From a virus (lineage: Duplodnaviria > Caudoviricetes): 64,000 nucleotides of DNA. Below the pieces are notes generated by a model. That model ran no database searches. It saw nothing but the letters and a program-made list of their open reading frames with translations, and was not told where the DNA came from. Position 1 is the stretch's first letter; each line of letters starts with the position of its first letter. The stretch covers positions 41,264 through 105,263 of the IMG/VR virus record IMGVR_UViG_3300029288_000106, one strand, 5' to 3'. A program made the position numbers and the translations under genes. Of the stretch, positions 58,123-64,000 are shown in pieces.

Positions 58123-60738
58123 TTATAAATTCAACATTTTTACAAATCTTTCGTACGATATTGCCTGATCAGTTTCAGTATAAACAGTTTTACTACCATT
58201 GGGGTTTACTACAACTGCATATTTCTTATTTGTTGGCTTATGAACTATATAATAGAGATTGTTTCCAGCTTTCCAATATCTTTCCCAGTGATCGGGAATT
58301 TTCATTGCTGTGCACCATTTTGTATTGGCTCCATATTTACAACTTGCTTTATGAGATTTTACATGAACAATAAAAATAGTATCATCATCTCTAATTACCT
58401 CAGATTCACCTTTAATTTCTCTTTCCACTTCAGATCTAGAAACCTTTTTACTAGCTTCACTTACTGCCTGTTCAATTTCATCAACTGTTTTATAGCTATA
58501 TATATCTTTTCTCGTTATTTTTTCTGTTCTAACATACTCATCAAATAATAAAATATTATCAATTAAATGATCTATCCTATCATAACCATCAGCAATTTGT
58601 TTCAACATCCAACCAGTGTACTTACCTTTACCAGAAGGATCACTGGAAACTAATTTATCAAACACTTCATTCGAAACTTTTCCTGTATCAACATACTGTA
58701 TTCTAAGATCTTTAATACCTTCAACTAAATCTCGCGATTCAACAGTAAATTCATCTTTAGATCTTTTATATTCTTCCCATTCATCTTCAGCAGCAATCAG
58801 TAATTTTTGAATTATAGCTTTACCTTCCTTACTTCCAGCTAATATTTCTTTAATTAATTTAGGATTAACATCACTAATAATTTTCTTTTGAATTAAAGGA
58901 AGTAGATTTTGTTTATTAGTAGGTATCATTTTTTGAATAGTTTTAAAAACAGAAGATCCTACCATCAAATCAGTTGTTTCACTCTCAACCCCTTTTCTTC
59001 TAAGCTCAGAAAATTCAGGTTTTATAGAAAACCAATCATAAATTCCTTTAACTAATTCATGTAACAGGAAGGGAAATAATATAGCTTCTGCATGAATTGT
59101 GTAGATCTTATCAGTTGGTTTAACTTGCTCAGCTCCGCCAACAGCACCACTTTTAACAGCTACCTTTTCCATACCAAACGGAGTTAACCAATAACCTAGA
59201 TATGCAATAGTAGTAGCTATTCCATATAACTTTGGTAAGTTTTTATCAATAGCTTCTAATTGTGATTCAACAAGATGAAACGAAAAACTCTTTAAAACAG
59301 CTCCACCTTGTATTAAAAGAGTTGATAATCTTTTTCTCAATGCTAAATCAGAAACTTCTAGTTTATTAGCTAAATCCATATTTAGCTTTTCATCTGGATA
59401 TAAATCGATATTCTCTTCACCAACTGGCAATTTTATAGTAGGAGTTTTCAATGCTACTTTAAGAATTAAATGCCCATTTTCAATAGCATCTTTTACCATC
59501 TCAAACTCATCTAACGAAAGTATTGTATTAACTGCTAACTGCTCTAGTTTACGTTTATTTTTTGTCTCTATATCAGTAATTTTATTAATAGTTTTAAACA
59601 TAATATCAACTAGTTGTGGAGTATTTCCATTTGTGGCGTTTATACCTGTATATCTTTCTAATTTTGCTACCAGATCAGTATATGAATCACTTGATATCAT
59701 CTCTAGGTATGATCGACCTTTTGTTGATAATTTTGGTAGTAATTGATTTATTTCATCATCTCCACTATGAATCCATTCTTCTTTTGATGGATCAATATTT
59801 ATAGCTTCTTCAAGTAAATTTTTTCGACGCTGTTTGAATAATTCTACATCTAAATTTTCGCCTTTTGGCTCAGGATCTTGATGAGGAACAGGAACTAAAG
59901 GATGTCGTACAGGTTTAGGTTTAACATCAGGCTCTGTCTCAGTATCAGGCTCTGTCTCAGTATCAGGCTCTGTTTCAACTCCTTCTCCTACTAACCTTGA
60001 ATTTGTATCTCCTTCTTTAGCTAAATCAGCTTCAGATTTAAGTGCTGGTATCTTCTTCTCTTCCTCATCTGCTTCTACTTCAACTTCCTCTTTTTTCTTG
60101 CTTAGTTCTTCTCCTGCTGCAGCAAATCTTGATGCTATCTTTTTAGCTTCTCTTTCCGCATTCTCTATCTCACGGCCCCAATTATCTTTCAACCAACTAG
60201 CCAAATCATTGATATAAAATGGATAGGCTTGCAACAAAGCATGTAAATGTTTGCAAATCATACCCAATTCGCGTGGATTTCGAATACGCGGACGTCTATG
60301 CTCTTGATCTCCAAACTTAGCATCGTACTTAGCTTTACTTGTAATATACGAAAATCCATAATACAAAAATGAAGGGCAGCTACATTCAAGCTGCAAATCA
60401 GCTTTATACAAAAATTCCTTAGCCAGCTTTCGTAAATCTATACTTGTCTTGTCTTGTGTCCATAGTCTACGATCCTTAACTAACTTATTTAACAAAGCTC
60501 CTGTATCTTTAAATCTAATATATCCATCGTACCAAACACCATTTTTTGTACCACTATGTAACTTAAAGTGCCAATATGAAGGACGTTGATCTTCTAACCT
60601 CACTCCACCTCGATTAGCTACTGCTTGTACACGATCAGGAAAACTAGGAAATAAATTAGTTATAGACCTTTGCTTGCGTTGGATACCACTATATCCAATC
60701 TCATCAAGTCTTAACATTTTTTCTAATAGTTCTTTCAT
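58123..60738 (-). CDS. large modular protein with SWIM-type Zn finger and leader motif
   Basis: MKELLEKMLRLDE; CSCPSF...CKH; ETEPDT linker; C-terminal ASCKYGANTKWCTA motif. Confidence 0.7.
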   Translation of the reverse strand: MKELLEKMLRLDEIGYSGIQRKQRSITNLFPSFPDRVQAVANRGGVRLEDQRPSYWHFKLHSGTKNGVWYDGYIRFKDTGALLNKLVKDRRLWTQDKTSIDLRKLAKEFLYKADLQLECSCPSFLYYGFSYITSKAKYDAKFGDQEHRRPRIRNPRELGMICKHLHALLQAYPFYINDLASWLKDNWGREIENAEREAKKIASRFAAAGEELSKKKEEVEVEADEEEKKIPALKSEADLAKEGDTNSRLVGEGVETEPDTETEPDTETEPDVKPKPVRHPLVPVPHQDPEPKGENLDVELFKQRRKNLLEEAINIDPSKEEWIHSGDDEINQLLPKLSTKGRSYLEMISSDSYTDLVAKLERYTGINATNGNTPQLVDIMFKTINKITDIETKNKRKLEQLAVNTILSLDEFEMVKDAIENGHLILKVALKTPTIKLPVGEENIDLYPDEKLNMDLANKLEVSDLALRKRLSTLLIQGGAVLKSFSFHLVESQLEAIDKNLPKLYGIATTIAYLGYWLTPFGMEKVAVKSGAVGGAEQVKPTDKIYTIHAEAILFPFLLHELVKGIYDWFSIKPEFSELRRKGVESETTDLMVGSSVFKTIQKMIPTNKQNLLPLIQKKIISDVNPKLIKEILAGSKEGKAIIQKLLIAAEDEWEEYKRSKDEFTVESRDLVEGIKDLRIQYVDTGKVSNEVFDKLVSSDPSGKGKYTGWMLKQIADGYDRIDHLIDNILLFDEYVRTEKITRKDIYSYKTVDEIEQAVSEASKKVSRSEVEREIKGESEVIRDDDTIFIVHVKSHKASCKYGANTKWCTAMKIPDHWERYWKAGNNLYYIVHKPTNKKYAVVVNPNGSKTVYTETDQAISYERFVKMLNL
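59926..59977. repeat. 18-bp tandem repeat (~3 copies) encoding an ETEPDT linker
   Basis: ATCAGGCTCTGTCTCAGT repeated. Confidence 0.85.
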
Positions 60739-61463
60739 TATAAGTAGTCTCTATCAACTGTTTTCTTTAGTTTATCTTCTGAAACTGGATTGTTGTGACA
60801 ATAAAAATCACCACCAACCTTCTGTGGACAACCTTCTAGGGTGGTTAGTTGGTTGTTGGAACAATCAAACCAACCACCAACTTCTTGTGGACAACCTTTT
60901 AAGGTGGTGAGTTGATTGGTGTGACACCTAAAACTACCACCAACCTTCTGTGGACAACCTTCTAAAGTCGCGAGTTTGTTGTTGTAACAAATAAAACTAT
61001 AACCAACCTTCTGTGGACAACCTTCTAGGGTGGTGAGTTGGTTGTTGGAACAATCAAACCAACCACCAACCTTCTGTGGACAACCTTCTAGGGTGGTGAG
61101 TTGGTTGTTGCTACAATCAAACCAACCACCAGCCTTCTGTGGACAACCTTCTAGGGTGGTGAGTTGGTTGAAGGAACACCAAAAACCACCACCAACTTCT
61201 TGTGGACAACCTTCTAAAGTCGTGAGTTGGTTGTTAGAACAATAAAAGCTACCACCAACTTCTTTAAACTTTACCGGGAGTTTAGTTAAACCTAAACCAG
61301 ATAAATTAACGTCACCAGAACACGAATAAGTACCGTCTGGGTTTTTAGTACAGTTTTCTAGTCGACGCTGAACTAATTCGTCTATTGAAGCTGGTTTAAA
61401 CAACGAATCCAGATCTGAGTCTTCGTTAACTACCGATAACATTTTTTCTAATAGTTCTATCAT
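60738..61463 (-). CDS. LRR-like cassette-array protein (7 full modules + terminal)
   Basis: Same leader, cap and 63-bp repeats as 55419-56399. Confidence 0.85.
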   Translation of the reverse strand: MIELLEKMLSVVNEDSDLDSLFKPASIDELVQRRLENCTKNPDGTYSCSGDVNLSGLGLTKLPVKFKEVGGSFYCSNNQLTTLEGCPQEVGGGFWCSFNQLTTLEGCPQKAGGWFDCSNNQLTTLEGCPQKVGGWFDCSNNQLTTLEGCPQKVGYSFICYNNKLATLEGCPQKVGGSFRCHTNQLTTLKGCPQEVGGWFDCSNNQLTTLEGCPQKVGGDFYCHNNPVSEDKLKKTVDRDYL

Positions 61464-61998
61464 TATAAGTAGTCTCTATCAACTGTTTTCTTTAGTTTAG
61501 CTACCGAAACTGGATTGCTGGAACAATCAAACCAATCACCAACTATTTGTGGACAACCTTCTAGGGTGGTGAGTTTGTTGGAGGAACACCAAAAATCGCC
61601 ACTAACTTCTTGTGGACAACCTTTTAAGGTGGTTAGTTGGTTGTTGTGACAATAAAAACTACAACCAACCTTCTGTGGAGACCTTTTAAGGTAGTGAGTT
61701 GGTTGCCAGAACAAATAAAACTACGACCAACCTTCTGTGGACAACCTTTTAAGGTGGTTAGTTGGTTATCGGAACAATCAAAACCACCACCAACTTCTTT
61801 AAATTTAACTGGAAGTTTAGTTAGACCTAAATTAGATAAATCAACGTCTCCAGAACACGAATAAGTACCGTCTGAATTCTTAGTACAGCCTTCTAGTCGA
61901 CGCTGAACTACCTCGTCTGTCGAAGCTGGTTTAAACAACGAATCCAGATCTGAGTCTTCGTTAACTACCGATAACATTTTTTCTAATAGTTCTTGCAT
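61463..61998 (-). pseudogene. frameshifted LRR-like cassette-array gene (4 full modules + terminal)
   Basis: MQELLEKML start at 61998; at ~61678-61683 TGTGGAGACC replaces the usual TGTGGACAACC (net 1-bp loss), splitting the frame. Confidence 0.75.
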
Positions 61999-61999
61999 A

Positions 62000-63358
62000 T
62001 TAACTACGCTGAGCAAACGCTGCCCACCTACCTTCATCTCTCAATTGTTCTTGTAATATCTTCTTTTCTTCTCGGCCTTCAGATACTAAATCTGAACCAT
62101 CTGTTTTAGCATTTATTAGCTGGGCCCCTCTTAACGTCCGACCCTCAGCTTCTTTCAAAAGAGCTAACGAATAAGCTAGTATCCAATCAAGAATATAATC
62201 ATCATCAATATTATCAGCTGCAGTTATCCTCCGAGTTCCAACTACAGCTAGTTTAGACGAATTAGTTGGTGAATGTGTAACATATAAATATCCACCCACT
62301 GCTGGATCTTGAGATCTTTGAAAATGCCATTGCATATTAGTTCCAACGTAAATCTGGTAATTTTTAAATGCTTCGGATATTAACATCAAATCACCAGTTA
62401 AATTATCTATTATTGAAATGCCCAGCAATGACCACATAGGATGATCATTCCATATTAAAGTAGTTTTATTAGCTGGATATACACTTATAACATCTTTAAA
62501 CGATGCATTTAATTGTACTCTTGTCTGAGCTGTTACAAAATCTACCATTGTAGTTGTTTTCACAGCAGAATGGGTATTCCAATATCTAACACTATTATCA
62601 ACTATTTGTTCAATTGTTCCATCTGGAGTAACTGTTCCTCTTGGCAGTAATTCAGTCTTCAGCCAGTTAACAATATCAGATTTTACCATTAACTTAGCTG
62701 AACTATGAAATGCTGCAGCTACTTCTATTTTTGAAGGAGAACCAAGTCTTGGATCTGATGTAAGAGGATCATTTCCTTCTCGATGTAAATAAACAGCATA
62801 ATAAATACCTGTACTTGTAATACTTGATAGATGATTGTTAGCATCATAATATAATCCACCACCAGCATCAGTAAGAACAATATCACAAGCATCTACTCTA
62901 GCATCATTCCAAGTTCCTATAGCTTCAAAAGCAGAAGTATCAACATTCTTTATAAATGAATCCACTCCTCTATACAATAAAGTATACAAATCCTGACCTG
63001 GCCTAAAGCTTACTAATATTTTATTAGCACTAATAATCTCATAAGTTGAACCATTCCATAGGATTGTAACTAACCCACCAATCCTATAATCGGTGGTAGT
63101 AGGAACAGATCCATCTCTAATAAAATATTGAATATGATATATTCCAACTGGAGCAGTAGTTGGAAAATCAGCTTCATATACTCCACCATTTCCTGGTAAA
63201 ACAATATCACAAGCATCTACTCTAGCATCATTCCAAGTTCCTACTACAGCTAATGTACTTGAACCAGGCTGCCAGATATAATAATTATCATCGTGCCACA
63301 TACATGCATATGCGTTATAGCCCGGCTTAAAACTAACTGATAATTTTGTTAACATCAT
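62000..63358 (-). CDS. neck/head-tail adaptor (gp13-like C-terminal half) with a duplicated N-terminal domain
   Basis: C-terminal WI..Y..AL.K..EG..., DG..L..EG.EE...L..QL; two GTWNDARVDACDIVL units in the N-terminus. Confidence 0.6.
   Translation of the reverse strand: MMLTKLSVSFKPGYNAYACMWHDDNYYIWQPGSSTLAVVGTWNDARVDACDIVLPGNGGVYEADFPTTAPVGIYHIQYFIRDGSVPTTTDYRIGGLVTILWNGSTYEIISANKILVSFRPGQDLYTLLYRGVDSFIKNVDTSAFEAIGTWNDARVDACDIVLTDAGGGLYYDANNHLSSITSTGIYYAVYLHREGNDPLTSDPRLGSPSKIEVAAAFHSSAKLMVKSDIVNWLKTELLPRGTVTPDGTIEQIVDNSVRYWNTHSAVKTTTMVDFVTAQTRVQLNASFKDVISVYPANKTTLIWNDHPMWSLLGISIIDNLTGDLMLISEAFKNYQIYVGTNMQWHFQRSQDPAVGGYLYVTHSPTNSSKLAVVGTRRITAADNIDDDYILDWILAYSLALLKEAEGRTLRGAQLINAKTDGSDLVSEGREEKKILQEQLRDEGRWAAFAQRS
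62876..63243. repeat. exact 44-bp direct repeat (62876-62919 and 63200-63243)
   Basis: AACAATATCACAAGCATCTACTCTAGCATCATTCCAAGTTCCTA occurs twice. Confidence 0.9.
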
Positions 63359-63365
63359 TTAATCT

Positions 63366-63424
63366 CTTAAGAGCACGCGTGCTCCTTAATGATCTTCTAC
63401 TGGTTAATACAAATACACTAATCA
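63366..63424 (-). repeat. intergenic palindrome element (core 63371-63384)
   Basis: Reverse complement TGATTAGTGTATTTGTATTAACCAGTAGAAGATCATTAAGGAGCACGCGTGCTCTTAAG. Confidence 0.9.
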
Positions 63425-63428
63425 TATA

Positions 63429-64000
63429 TTAATGTCCACTATATATTTTAATTGTATTTATAATATCTTCTTCTGTTTGAAGTAAAGTTGCTTCAAGTGA
63501 AATCTCGGCTAAAGCAGCTTCTAATAATACTTCCATCTCTGATTCTGACAGATTATTCAAAGCAGTTATATCACCTCTAACATTATCACTAACATCAAGC
63601 ACGGTTTGTTGTAAAGCTAAAGCAGAAACATCTGCTTTAGAAGCTGTCCTGCTTGCTGAATCTGTTGTAACTTCTTCACCGTCAAGAGTTACTTGAACGT
63701 CTGTACCGGTGAAAGTAAGTTTATCAGTTTGTGCTTTTATCCCTGTTAAGGAATCGCCGGCTTCAATATCAGCAACTATTTCGGAAGCCGTTAAAGGCTC
63801 TTCGCCGTCAATGGTTGATACATTAACTCCCGCCTTTAATATTGTTGTATCTGCCAATATTTCAGCCACGACTGTATTGAGGCCGTTAACATCTGCCTGT
63901 AACACTGACAATCTGTACTCGCGAAAGACTTCCGCCGCCAAGATAGAAACAGCTGTGACTCCATCATCTGGGTAAAAACGCAGAGTCAATTCCGCTTCAT
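63429..64000 (-). CDS. virion structural protein, C-terminal part (5'-truncated by the window)
   Basis: Frame open to the window edge; IKAQTDKLTFT and ASRTASKADVS low-complexity virion-type motifs. Confidence 0.5.
   Translation of the reverse strand, partial: EAELTLRFYPDDGVTAVSILAAEVFREYRLSVLQADVNGLNTVVAEILADTTILKAGVNVSTIDGEEPLTASEIVADIEAGDSLTGIKAQTDKLTFTGTDVQVTLDGEEVTTDSASRTASKADVSALALQQTVLDVSDNVRGDITALNNLSESEMEVLLEAALAEISLEATLLQTEEDIINTIKIYSGH

Noticed and set aside
49366-61998. Classical diversity-generating retroelement behind the LRR variation (many variable codons are NNC/NNT)
   Set aside because: No reverse transcriptase or non-coding template repeat is present in the window. Synonymous adenines (Pro CCA, Leu CTA/TTA) are invariant, which adenine-directed mutagenesis should not spare. 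An RT elsewhere in the genome cannot be excluded.
1-64000. Stop-codon reassignment (alternative genetic code)
   Set aside because: Known families translate full length in the standard code, and TAA, TAG and TGA all end genes at expected domain ends. Only the single junction at 33530 looks anomalous.

Overview
AT-rich segment of a large tailed dsDNA phage (contractile-tail myovirus with T4-like tail/baseplate gene order). Two protein families hint at a PVC/Planctomycetota host. Positions 1-17.8 kb (+ strand) carry replication and early genes: DnaB-type helicase, SNF2 helicase, primase, FolE and QueC (7-deazaguanine pathway), a sigma-like protein, an ART-like protein, two papain-like proteins, an aberrant tRNA and three near-identical sigma70-type promoters. 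Transcription converges at paired terminators near 17.8 kb. On the - strand follow a 16-gene, ~13 kb glycosyl/methyltransferase cluster (17.9-31.2 kb), the baseplate-tail module (31.2-49.4 kb) and a ~12.6 kb block inserted between the neck genes (49.4-62.0 kb). That block encodes proteins sharing an 'MxELLEKML..NE' leader and recurrent 'ESKLNE'-type motifs, consistent with protease-processed internal head proteins. Main candidate for an undescribed system: four paralogous LRR-like cassette arrays (30 modules of 63 bp). Their residues vary mainly at five predicted surface positions, identical modules recur between loci, and each DNA module is a quasi-palindromic hairpin with variable codons in the loop. 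Other notable signals: a 7-copy intergenic element built on the palindrome GAGCACGCGTGCTC, a likely CCC-UUU-CGA +1 frameshift upstream of the tape measure gene, an in-frame stop that appears to split a baseplate domain, and a tRNA with alanine identity but a 6-nt ACG loop. All functional calls come from motif recognition by eye; no database searches were run.
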